64,000 bases of DNA from Sphingobacteriales bacterium 44-15 (GCA_001899685.1 MKWG01000028.1:54718-118717); one strand, 5' to 3'; positions 8,648-16,950 are shown, counted from the first letter of the stretch. The notes: generated from the letters alone by a model not told the origin. A program made the numbers and translations.

Positions 8648-9301
8648 ATGAAAACAACCAGTAAAAAAAAGCCGGCAGGCAAGTTTGATGATTATAAATA
8701 CCACAACGGTAAATTTTATACCGGCATGAAGGTGGGGCGAACACATACATGGAATTATGATAAGGGAAGATGGCAGGAAACAAAAATAAGCCCTGAAGTA
8801 TGGCGTATTTTTTATTCAGTAAAGAAAAGAAGAGTGGGCAAAGCGCCTGCAGGATCAGGAGCAAAGGTTGGCACAGGCTATCATTGGTTTATCCTTGCTC
8901 ATCAAAATGTACAAAAGCTGAATGCAGATGACTACAGCACTATATTGTCTGGCATCAAGCTTAAAATAGCCCATAAAACAGCAGGCAAAAAAAGCTGGAG
9001 CGCCGGCGCAAGCCAGCAGCGTAAAGGGCTGATCAGCTTCTTAAAAGATTTTATCAGGCAATTGCAAAAGCAGGTCATAAGTTTGTCATTTGAGCATGAG
9101 GATAAGGCTTACCATGGAGAAGCGATCCCTATAGAAGAGAGCTTTGACGGAGAAAACTATACCCATTTCTATATTACCCTTAATGGCGATTACACAGGCA
9201 TTATACGTGCATTGAAAAGCGGATGGAAGATGGATAGCAATACAAACCCTTCGCTGGTCAAAGCAATTGCCGAAAATTTAAAAGAGCATGAGCAAAGCTG
9301 A
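8648..9301 (+). CDS. hypothetical protein with a C-terminal KAIAE-tail domain
   Basis: 217 aa, N-terminus MKTTSKKK. The C-terminal ~75 aa (ISLSFEHEDKAYHGEA...PSLVKAIAENL) are alignable by eye with the 73/78-aa ORFs at 13983 and 31583. Confidence 0.55.
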   Translation: MKTTSKKKPAGKFDDYKYHNGKFYTGMKVGRTHTWNYDKGRWQETKISPEVWRIFYSVKKRRVGKAPAGSGAKVGTGYHWFILAHQNVQKLNADDYSTILSGIKLKIAHKTAGKKSWSAGASQQRKGLISFLKDFIRQLQKQVISLSFEHEDKAYHGEAIPIEESFDGENYTHFYITLNGDYTGIIRALKSGWKMDSNTNPSLVKAIAENLKEHEQS

Positions 9302-9359
9302 AAAGACAGCGTGAATTAAGACTGCCTGCAATTGTGTTATACTTCCAAAAATAAGAATT

Positions 9360-9524
9360 ATGAACAAAGGAATTAAAGGGAACAGCCTGTACATAACAAT
9401 AGTCGTATTATTTACCATTTATTTTATGACATTTCCATTTCCATCGCCACCGCTATGGATACACATTGCCGGTATAGCAGGTGTTACGCTTTTCATATTC
9501 AGGATTATAAGAGGCGATGACTGA
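9360..9524 (+). CDS. possible 54-aa two-TM membrane peptide
   Basis: ATG ORF below the track cutoff, with two hydrophobic segments (LYITIVVLFTIYFMTF and IHIAGIAGVTLFIF). No other support. Confidence 0.25.
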   Translation: MNKGIKGNSLYITIVVLFTIYFMTFPFPSPPLWIHIAGIAGVTLFIFRIIRGDD

Positions 9525-9560
9525 TCCTGCAATGGCATCCTTTTCTGTCTGCTTCGGCAG

Positions 9561-10232
9561 TCAGTCTTTTATAAAAAATGCTTTTTTCTCAAAGTAAGCT
9601 TTGAACTGCTCAATATCTTTTCTGACCATCTTTTCAAAAGCAGGATTCAGCAGCCGGGCTACCTGTTCACCCGCTACGCCGAGCGGCGCCCGGTAAGAAA
9701 TGACAATATCCAGCCGGGTGGCATTTTCTCCGGCTACGTTAAACGTGATCTTTCCTGCTGCTTCTACAGCAGAACCTTCCACCGAGCTCCATCCAAGCAA
9801 TATTTCCGGCTCTTCTTTAACTATAGTCGCATTCCAACCTATACTGCCAAGACCGCCCGGCATCCGTATTTTCCAGTGCCAGCGATTATTACCCCTGTCC
9901 TCAACCTGTTCAACATGCTGCATAAAAAGAGGAAGATTGGAAAAATTTCTCCAGAATGTATATACCTCATGCCTTGGTCTGTTTACGGTTACACCGGTCC
10001 TTATGTTGATATTTTGGGGTGAGGGTATCTTTATACCCGATGTCCATTTATTGAGCGGACAATGCCCTGATACTCCTCTATATAAAAGAAATCCTCCCAC
10101 TGCTGCCTTGGAGAAGCTGAATGTTTTACGCTCAAATGCATCCGCTATTAAGAGGGAACCTGCGAGTAAAGAAACCAGGCGTTCAGAAAATTGAATATTG
10201 ATATAATTGTTGTGTTCAATGGCCTTATTCAT
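9561..10232 (-). CDS. SRPBCC (cyclase/dehydrase-like) protein with an N-terminal DUF2892-like membrane segment
   Basis: N-terminal LLAGSLLIADAF...GGFLLYRGVSGHCPLNKW (YgaP-like). The remainder has the polyketide-cyclase/SRPBCC pattern (VYTFWRNFSNLPLFMQHV...W.W). Confidence 0.65.
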   Translation of the reverse strand: MNKAIEHNNYINIQFSERLVSLLAGSLLIADAFERKTFSFSKAAVGGFLLYRGVSGHCPLNKWTSGIKIPSPQNINIRTGVTVNRPRHEVYTFWRNFSNLPLFMQHVEQVEDRGNNRWHWKIRMPGGLGSIGWNATIVKEEPEILLGWSSVEGSAVEAAGKITFNVAGENATRLDIVISYRAPLGVAGEQVARLLNPAFEKMVRKDIEQFKAYFEKKAFFIKD

Positions 10233-10419
10233 AATAATAGATTTTTATTGACGAAATAACAAAATGAGAAGCGCACGGCTCATTTGCCCTTTGGAGGCCT
10301 AAAAAAGTAACTTCAATTATAATGCCTGTTTACCCGAAGAATATAATAAGGGTAGGCATGACCTGGTGATATACAGGTAAAGTCCGGTTGACGATTCTCC
10401 GGCCCTGCAGCGGATCTAT

Positions 10420-10450
10420 AAAAAAACAGCGCCACATTTCTGTAGCGCTG
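10420..10450 (-). terminator. rho-independent terminator (minus strand)
   Basis: The minus strand reads CAGCGCUACA-GAAA-UGUGGCGCUG (10-bp stem with one G.U pair, GNRA loop) followed by U7. Confidence 0.6.
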
Positions 10451-10672
10451 CTGCAATGTCTTTAGTTTAACGGTTTTTTAGGACAATTGCTTTTCCAGGA
10501 TCAGGATTTAGCTAAGGGGTTTTCCGGGTTATTGGATTAAAGGCTTGGTTTCTTTCGGTTAGGTGTCTATTGGATTTGTTGCACAAAGAAACGACGCCGC
10601 CGGTTCTCAAAAAATAGAACTTTTTGTGATTGTTGTGTAGTAACAGTTTCGACAGCATCGGAAAACTACTAT
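10420..10672 (-). ncRNA. candidate ~250-nt sRNA or leader, copy A
   Basis: Roughly four-fifths identical by eye to 15468-15716, in the same orientation. No frame is conserved. The 3' end on the minus strand is a hairpin plus U-run. A possible Bacteroidota -7 box TAGTTTTC sits at the conserved 5' edge. Confidence 0.4.
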
Positions 10673-10913
10673 GTTCATGTAGCGAATCACCACCCGGGTC
10701 TTTAGCCTTTTACTTCAGTTAAAGTGAAGAAATATTTCAAAAGATCACAGGCTGACCATTATAGTAAATGCCTTTGGCAGCATCCGCGTATTCTTTGGTA
10801 TTAGTGTTGCCCGACCTGGACAATGGCTCAGGCACCATATAGCAATTTCCACTGCTATCAATAGCGAACGGGGCATTTCATATTCTTAATTAAGCCTGTT
10901 TTTAATTTTATCA

Positions 10914-11276
10914 TCAGAAATTTCCGAATATTACAAGCATGATGACTACGTAAATAAGCGTTTTGTAAGCAAGATTTCCCAGCCCGTTCTCATAGCTGTC
11001 AATTGACTTTTTGATATTCTCTATTAGTGCTTTTTCATTACCGCATATTTTCCCGTTCTCTTTTTCGCCTCCTTTTAACCATAAACCGCTTCTCCGTTCC
11101 TTATATAAAATACAGGTTGCAAAATCTGAATCGTTAATATTGATATAGTATGCTATCAAAGTCCTGCTTTTTTTAATTCTTAAGAAAAAAAGACGCAAAG
11201 ACCTTTTTCTTCCTGCTTCTTTCTTCCATATATATACCTGCCGGCCTCCTGCGATCTGAACAGTATAAGGTTGCAT
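10914..11276 (-). CDS. hypothetical protein with a C-terminal TM anchor
   Basis: 120 aa from the ATG at 11276. C-terminal hydrophobic LIYVVIMLVIFGNF. No recognisable family. Confidence 0.35.
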   Translation of the reverse strand: MQPYTVQIAGGRQVYIWKKEAGRKRSLRLFFLRIKKSRTLIAYYININDSDFATCILYKERRSGLWLKGGEKENGKICGNEKALIENIKKSIDSYENGLGNLAYKTLIYVVIMLVIFGNF

Positions 11277-11493
11277 AACCAACAAATTATTGATCTAAAA
11301 ATGAAACAATGTTTCCAGCCTTTATGCCCAATAATCCTGATTGAAAATTACTCAAATACCTGTAGTGTCCGGGTTAAGATTGTATGAACTTTTGACTGGA
11401 AGCTCTAAATAGTGAGTCGGCGGGATTATTCAAAAATTAATACTCTGATAATATCTGACTGATAACTTTAACTTACCCAATCGATTTAAAGCT

Positions 11494-12318
11494 ATGCAAT
11501 CTATACTGGTTCTTACTGATTTTTCTGACGCGGCTTTTAAGGCTGCGCAGTATGCGGCAATGCTGTCAAAAGTATGTAAAAGCAAAAGGCTGATCCTTTT
11601 TCATGCCTATCAGACTATTCCTGTTGTTGTCAATGAACCGGTTGTTGCAGCAGGCAGGGAAAGCCTGCATGAGGAGAGCTTGCAATCCATGGAAATTTGG
11701 CAGGAGTCGGTAAGACAATTTACGGATCCATCAACGTCCATCAGCTTTTTTGTTAATGATATTGATCTTGCAGAGGGAACCAATGCTTTATGCAAAGAAG
11801 CGTCCATCGACCTGGTAGTGATGGGGATTACCGGCAAATCCAATCTGGAAAAAATACTGATCGGCAGTAATGCTGTCCGGTTAATAGCAGACATCCAATA
11901 TCCTTTGCTGATCGTACCGAAGAATACTCCGGACAGAATGCCTGCAAAAGTGGTGCTGACCACAGATTTAAAAGAAGTGAAAGAAAAGATAAGCAGCTCA
12001 TCGATTTTCAAATTTCTGGATGCAATACAGGCAAAGCTGTTAGTCGTCAATGTCGCCCGGAAGGACAAAGATGTTTCGCATTTGAGAACGGAGATAATGG
12101 ATTTACATTCGTTGCTGGACCGATATACACCTGAAATTCATTATATCAATCATCCGGACACCATAGAGGCTATAGATGAATTTGCACAGCACCACCAGGC
12201 GGGTATTGTTATCACTTTCCATGAACAGCAAAACAGACCGGCTGCTCTATTTCATAAAAGCGTGTCAAAGAAATTAGCCTGGCACAGCCGGTTGCCTTTA
12301 CTGGTAATACCGCTGTAA
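11494..12318 (+). CDS. universal stress protein, tandem Usp domains
   Basis: 274 aa with two Usp-like halves (ILVLTDFSDAAFKA...LVVMGITGKSNLEKILIGSNA and a second half ending HSRLPLLVIP). Confidence 0.85.
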   Translation: MQSILVLTDFSDAAFKAAQYAAMLSKVCKSKRLILFHAYQTIPVVVNEPVVAAGRESLHEESLQSMEIWQESVRQFTDPSTSISFFVNDIDLAEGTNALCKEASIDLVVMGITGKSNLEKILIGSNAVRLIADIQYPLLIVPKNTPDRMPAKVVLTTDLKEVKEKISSSSIFKFLDAIQAKLLVVNVARKDKDVSHLRTEIMDLHSLLDRYTPEIHYINHPDTIEAIDEFAQHHQAGIVITFHEQQNRPAALFHKSVSKKLAWHSRLPLLVIPL

Positions 12319-12736
12319 TTTTTCTCATGTAATACATTTGATAAATTTCTTATCTTCTACCGCTACTTTAATTTCGGGGAAACTTACTGCCAGGCATAAA
12401 ATTCCCCAAAGCGACAGTTAAATTTCCATAAGCGTAACATTAAAACAACACCAGGCGATTACATTGCAGCTAATTTTAAAATACTAAGCCCGGGCATCCC
12501 CGCTATTTCGCAGTTGGTAAAAGGGTAAATAGTTGCAGAGATATGCCCGGCACTAATGTTTCCTGATGTAAAAGCAGCAGTGATCTTCCGGCCGCTGAAA
12601 TGATCGCTGTTGCTTTTTTAGCTTATACTGCCTGACTTTAAGGCGCTGCCCCAAAAGATCCATCCGTTGTTCAATAGATTTTGTATTTTTCAATGCGCTT
12701 ATTGAAGGTGCGTCCCCTCACATAAAGCACGTTAAT

Positions 12737-13705
12737 ATGAAATTAGTGTCAGCGTTCCTTTCATTGTTAATTATTACAGGCAACAGTTTTCTTTATGCAC
12801 AAGCACCTCCGGAAAAGGGAAAAGCTTATGAGAATGTTCTGTATAAAAAAGGTGAAAGTGGCGATTCTTTAATGCTTGATATTTTTATGCCCGGTCAGAC
12901 TACGCCTGCCCACGCTGCACCCGTGGTAATGATAATACATGGCGGCGGCTGGGCAAAGGGAGAGCGTACCCTGGAAACCATTTACTATATGCAGCAATTA
13001 AAAAGGCAACTAAATAATAACGGCTTTGCTGTGGTGAGTATAGATTATACCCTGGTCAGTAAGGATGCTCATTTTCCCGATCCGGTGGCCGATTGTAAAG
13101 ATGCGGTACGCTGGATACGTGCTAATGCTTCCAGGTATAACTTCGATGCCGATAATATCGGGTTGTGGGGAGGATCTGCAGGCGGACATCTGGCTTTACT
13201 GACGGCCTATACGGGTGATGAAAAATGGAAGGGCGACAGCTTACTTGCTCCATTCTCCTCCCGGGTGAATTATGTAGTAGATAACTTTGGACCTACAGAT
13301 TTAAACGGGGTTTTCCTATCCTGTGCGGGCAAGTTTACCCTGTTTTTTGCGAAGCTCTTTTTTAAAAAGCTGTTGTTTGTAAGAGAAAGGCTTATCCTGG
13401 CCATTACTGACTATTCCATCCAATCGGATAAGGAAAAAGCAATTGAAACACTATGTATCTATTCCCCGATCCTGTATGTGAATGCCTCTGCAGTGCCTAC
13501 TATCATTTTTCATGGAACAAAGGATAAGGTAGTGCCGATTGAACAATCTAAAAAACTGCAGAAGCTATTGGCAGATAATAATGTGGAGAATGAATTTATG
13601 ATTGTTGAAAAAGGAGATCATGGCTTCAATAATATCTCCAGGGAAGAAACGGATACTTTAGTGAACAAAACCGTGGACTATATTATCAGGCATACCAAAA
13701 GATAG
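12737..13705 (+). CDS. secreted alpha/beta-hydrolase (esterase/lipase, HGGG type)
   Basis: Signal peptide, oxyanion HGGGW, nucleophile GGSAGGH, C-terminal HGTKDKVVP...GDHGF. Confidence 0.85.
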   Translation: MKLVSAFLSLLIITGNSFLYAQAPPEKGKAYENVLYKKGESGDSLMLDIFMPGQTTPAHAAPVVMIIHGGGWAKGERTLETIYYMQQLKRQLNNNGFAVVSIDYTLVSKDAHFPDPVADCKDAVRWIRANASRYNFDADNIGLWGGSAGGHLALLTAYTGDEKWKGDSLLAPFSSRVNYVVDNFGPTDLNGVFLSCAGKFTLFFAKLFFKKLLFVRERLILAITDYSIQSDKEKAIETLCIYSPILYVNASAVPTIIFHGTKDKVVPIEQSKKLQKLLADNNVENEFMIVEKGDHGFNNISREETDTLVNKTVDYIIRHTKR

Positions 13706-13727
13706 CTTCAGACACTTTAACTCTTTA

Positions 13728-13974
13728 ATGATGACTACAACTGGCCAGAGCTGTGCATTGTGTCAGATAGTAGAATTGAAATCTTTGTTTTGCAGAAGAG
13801 TGAAAGAGCCGATAGAACACGTTAAAGCGCCGTATCAGCTAAGGGACGGAAGAAGGGGAAAGGATTAATCCGGATCAATTTTAAATCGCCTCACTTATTT
13901 CCGATAACCAGGCAACAGAATGGCTTGAACGGATCAGGCAGAAATACCTGCAATTTTATAGAGCGCTTATTTGA
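13728..13974 (+). pseudogene. decayed copy (X1) of the small EWL..I..KFP.F-tail ORF family
   Basis: Homology to 31434-31574 and 58350-58592 is split over three frames (..GRRGK / GLIRINFKSPHL / ISDNQATEWLERIRQKYLQFY). Confidence 0.35.
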
Positions 13975-13982
13975 ACACTGAT

Positions 13983-14204
13983 TCAAATGCTTTCCGCAAT
14001 AGCTTTGACCATTTCCAGTGCAGGCGGCTTTTGTCCCTCTGCAAACTGTGCACGATAATGCCACTCTTCATCCGGCTCAAAAATAATCACCTGATCTTCC
14101 GGGGTCTCCAAAATCCTGTGACTATATCCCCATGTTGTAAGCTCGGCGGGCAGTAGTATCGTTTTATTCCTGAACTGTACCGGTAATTTAAATAATTCCT
14201 GCAT
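13983..14204 (-). CDS. small hypothetical protein, KAIAE-tail family (Y1)
   Basis: 73 aa from the ATG at 14204. It matches the ORF at 31583-31819 at 57/73 residues and ends in LEMVKAIAESI. Confidence 0.55.
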   Translation of the reverse strand: MQELFKLPVQFRNKTILLPAELTTWGYSHRILETPEDQVIIFEPDEEWHYRAQFAEGQKPPALEMVKAIAESI

Positions 14205-14355
14205 AGCGTACAATTTACTAATGCAGATTGGGACCAGGGAGAAAAACCTGTCAGTAATGCAAAAATAGATGCTACATTAATCCAGGTATTTTTCATAGCT
14301 ATCATACCAACAGCTAATCTAGTGTTAAGTCAAGCAAATTATGTCTGTTCATTTT

Positions 14356-14422
14356 CGTGAAACGTGAGAGGTGAAACGTGAGACAAGCTTTCACCTCTCC
14401 CATTTCACGTTTGACATAGCAC
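14356..14422. repeat. palindromic repeat E3 (short variant of the E1/E2 family, reverse orientation)
   Basis: 21-nt arms at 14356-14376 and 14389-14409 (19/21 complementary) are followed by TTTGACATAGCAC, the reverse complement of the family left flank. It lies just downstream of the 14457 stop. Confidence 0.65.
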
Positions 14423-14456
14423 TAGGAGCAATCACGGGTTTTTATTTTCGATCTCA

Positions 14457-14882
14457 TCACTGCTTCACTTCCCTCTTCTTTGCAGGAATAAGCGGGACCG
14501 TGGCGATTACTCCTGCAACGACCGGAAGCCCCCACATCGCGTGCAGCCAGTGCAGTTCCCGCAGGATCACTATTTCAACCAGGAACCAGATCGTCATCCC
14601 TCCCGTTGCCAGGGCAGCCCGGATCCAGCCCGTCTTTTTGCGTTGCAGTACCGCAAAGAATGCCACTACGTTTATAACGCCAAGCCCGAAAAGGATGATG
14701 CCGGGAATAAGAAAGTCCTTAAAAGTCCCGTGCATAATGTCCACCGGCATCCGCATTGAGCTTCCGTCCGGTGTTGCCATAAGCAACACTCCTCCTGCAA
14801 GCGACCCCAGGCCTTCATAGCCCAGTACGCTGAGCAGGATCACCCGTTGCCATTTCGGCTGTGGACGCGGAATCTTTTTCAT
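14457..14882 (-). CDS. hypothetical 4-TM membrane protein
   Basis: 141 aa with four hydrophobic segments. A 49-bp piece of this gene is duplicated exactly at 31883-31931. Confidence 0.6.
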   Translation of the reverse strand: MKKIPRPQPKWQRVILLSVLGYEGLGSLAGGVLLMATPDGSSMRMPVDIMHGTFKDFLIPGIILFGLGVINVVAFFAVLQRKKTGWIRAALATGGMTIWFLVEIVILRELHWLHAMWGLPVVAGVIATVPLIPAKKREVKQ

Positions 14883-14960
14883 GAGAGGAAAGGTAGTCCC
14901 TCCGCAGTTGTCATCCTATGATCTGCGTCGCACTGTGAAATGATATTGATCCCCGCAGCC

Positions 14961-15356
14961 CTATTTTACATTCGCGCTGATGATCTTTGCCAGGTCGAAC
15001 ATGGACACCTGGGACCTCCCGCCGAAAAGCGCTTTCAGCTTGTTGTCTGCATTGATCATGCGCCTGTTTTTACTGTCCTGCAGTCCCTGCTTTTTAATAT
15101 AGTCCCATACCTTTTTGATGATGTCCGGGCGCGAAGCAGGCTTTGAGCCGATCACATCTGCCAGCGCCGGGCTGGGTGCCAGCGGCTTTAACAGCGCGGG
15201 ATTAATCTTTCTTTTTTTCTTTGGAGCGGCTTTTTTTACTGCCTTTTTGGGCGCTGCTTTTTTTGCTGCTTTTTTCGGTGCGGCTTTCTTTACAGCCTTT
15301 TTAGGTACCGCTTTTTTAGCAGCTTTCTTTGATGCTGCCTTTTTTGCTTTTGCCAT
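14961..15356 (-). CDS. SWIB/MDM2-domain protein with a histone-H1-like Lys/Ala-repeat N-terminus
   Basis: The N-terminal ~55 aa are KKAAPKKAV-type repeats. The C-terminal LADVIGSKPASRPDIIKKVWDYIKKQGLQD...MINADNKLKALFG is a SWIB/MDM2 fold signature. Confidence 0.85.
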   Translation of the reverse strand: MAKAKKAASKKAAKKAVPKKAVKKAAPKKAAKKAAPKKAVKKAAPKKKRKINPALLKPLAPSPALADVIGSKPASRPDIIKKVWDYIKKQGLQDSKNRRMINADNKLKALFGGRSQVSMFDLAKIISANVK

Positions 15357-15467
15357 GGTATAGAATTTAACGGGTGAATAAATTTGTACCTAAAGGTATC
15401 GCAATTACATTGGTGCACCATACATTCCAAGCTCTTTTTTCTCCACGCTGTAATACATACGGCGCAT

Positions 15468-15499
15468 AAAAAAATCAGCGCCCCATTTCTGTAGCGCTG
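15468..15499 (-). terminator. rho-independent terminator (minus strand)
   Basis: The minus strand reads CAGCGCUACA-GAAA-UGGGGCGCUG followed by AUUUUUUU. Confidence 0.55.
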
Positions 15500-15716
15500 C
15501 TGCAAGGTCTTTAGTTGGACGTTTTTTAGGACAATTGCTTTCTCCAGGATAAGGGTTTAGTTCAGGGGTTTCCGGTTACCGGATTAAGATCTGGTTTTTT
15601 CGGTCAGGTGTCTATTGGACTTGTTCCACAAAGGAACCATGCATCCGGCCGGCAAAAAACAGAAAACTTTGTGATTGTTCTGTCATAACGGTCCGACAGC
15701 ATCGGAAAACTACTAT
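15468..15716 (-). ncRNA. candidate ~250-nt sRNA or leader, copy B
   Basis: Paralogue of 10420-10672. It occupies most of the divergent SWIB / H1-like intergenic region and ends in a terminator hairpin at 15476-15499 plus a U-run. Confidence 0.4.
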
Positions 15717-15740
15717 CTTTAGATAAATCAATCATTGCAT

Positions 15741-16124
15741 ATGCCATCCAACAAACGAAAGCCGGCCACTACCTCCAGTCAACCCAGCCTTTTTGAAAGG
15801 ATCAGCGACGCCGCTGCAGAATTGAAAACCGATATTGTTGCGGGTGCGTCAGCTGTAAAAGAAACCGTTTCCGAAAAGTTTACGGAAGTAAAAAAAGCCA
15901 TTAGGAAAAAGGTTTCTGCAAAGGCAAAACCCGCAAAGAAAACAGCCGGAAAGCTGGTAAAAAAAGCAGCTAAAAAAGTAGTAAAGGTGGCTAAAAAAGC
16001 AAAACCGGTCGCAAAGAAAATTTCGAAAGCCACAAAGAAAGTAACGGCACCTGTAAAAAAAGCTGTAGCTACGAAATCAACTGCCCGCAAAGCTGCACCC
16101 GGGAAAAGAACAGGAAGAAAATAA
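15741..16124 (+). CDS. histone H1-like lysine/alanine-rich DNA-binding protein
   Basis: 127 aa from the ATG at 15741. The C-terminal two-thirds are KKxAKK repeats (AKPAKKTAGKLVKKAAKKVVKVAKKAKPVAKK). Confidence 0.7.
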   Translation: MPSNKRKPATTSSQPSLFERISDAAAELKTDIVAGASAVKETVSEKFTEVKKAIRKKVSAKAKPAKKTAGKLVKKAAKKVVKVAKKAKPVAKKISKATKKVTAPVKKAVATKSTARKAAPGKRTGRK

Positions 16125-16507
16125 ACCCTGCTAAAATCCCGGCAGTATCAGGTCAGATAACCGGATACTGATGGCTTGTCCCGTGGACAAGCCAAAAAAT
16201 TCCTGTTTGTCATATATCTCATATATCTGTAGCGATTGAATAAACAAAGCCCCTTCCAGGAATAGAAGGGGCAACCAAAACTAACTGCTTATGAGAAAAT
16301 TTATTTTAATTGATCAGATGCAAAGTTAGCATGACCCAATGCTGTAACATTTACTATTTTGGTAAATACATTTACCTGTAAAGAAATTTGTTAATGACGA
16401 TAATTTTTTCCGCATCGGGTAAATCTTTTTCCCGCCGGGTTTCCTCCAACGTTTCTTTTCGCAGTATTTTTTCCCTTTAATTACCGGTCGAACAAAAGCA
16501 TACCAAT

Positions 16508-16840
16508 ATGTGTGATTTCAGGAAAATCATTTTCAGGCAAACAGGATATGTGGCACAATGCTCATTCTGTCACTCCATAGAGATTGTTTTCGGAACTTCT
16601 GTAATTCATATCGGCTTTTTGGATTGGGCGAGCTTTAACAAATATATCTCCGGAGTACGCTATGACTGTAACAGGCCGGACTCCGGGGACATCAGAAATA
16701 TTATGTTACAGTTAGGGGGGAATAGCCCGCTGCAAATGTTTTTGACGGCAAATGAATTGCAGGATTTCTGCGATCTGATAGATCAGGCCGATAGTGAAAT
16801 CAGGGCGAAGCATCTGATTGGGCTTTTTTCAGGAGAATAA
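16508..16840 (+). CDS. hypothetical protein
   Basis: 110-aa ATG ORF with plausible composition, upstream of the TonB-dependent receptor. No family assigned. Confidence 0.4.
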   Translation: MCDFRKIIFRQTGYVAQCSFCHSIEIVFGTSVIHIGFLDWASFNKYISGVRYDCNRPDSGDIRNIMLQLGGNSPLQMFLTANELQDFCDLIDQADSEIRAKHLIGLFSGE

Positions 16841-16950
16841 ATACAATCAATTCTTTGAACAAATATTTCTGATTTCATAAATCTTTTTCCCGATAAAGCA
16901 ACTGACCGGATCTATACTGCGGCAATTTTGCAGCATAAATTGACTGTTTT

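Noticed and set aside
10505-10657. A 50-codon ATG ORF on the minus strand inside candidate sRNA copy A.
   Set aside because: The corresponding frame in copy B is disrupted by indels and an early stop, so the conservation is not at the protein level.
10737-10880. A short minus-strand frame (…NAPFAIDSSGNCYMVPEPLSRSGNTNTKEYADAAKGIYYNGQPVIF) upstream of sRNA copy A.
   Set aside because: It looks like the C-terminal scrap of a decayed gene, open only from an upstream stop with a weak internal ATG. The support is too weak to call a feature.
14087-14305. A 72-aa ORF with a signal-peptide-like start that overlaps the 5' end of Y1 in another frame. The analogous ORF 31771-32001 overlaps Y2.
   Set aside because: The similarity between the two loci here is at the DNA level (upstream region of Y). 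The two translated products are not conserved, and the second has implausible composition.
15190-15350. A short-period tandem repeat that could superficially look like a repeat array.
   Set aside because: It is the coding repeat for KKAAPKKAV units inside the SWIB gene. There are no spacers or CRISPR-like architecture, and no CRISPR array was seen anywhere in the window.
15115-15363. An 82-aa Phe/Ala/Gly-rich ORF on the plus strand, and its counterpart at 15779-16090 on the minus strand.
   Set aside because: They are mirror images of the Lys/Ala-repeat coding sequences (AAG/GCN read antisense gives CTT/NGC). The SWIB and H1-like frames have real domain signatures.
16841-16950. A possible Fur box upstream of the TonB-dependent receptor.
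   Set aside because: There are AT-rich stretches, but no convincing match to the 19-bp Fur consensus could be found by eye.
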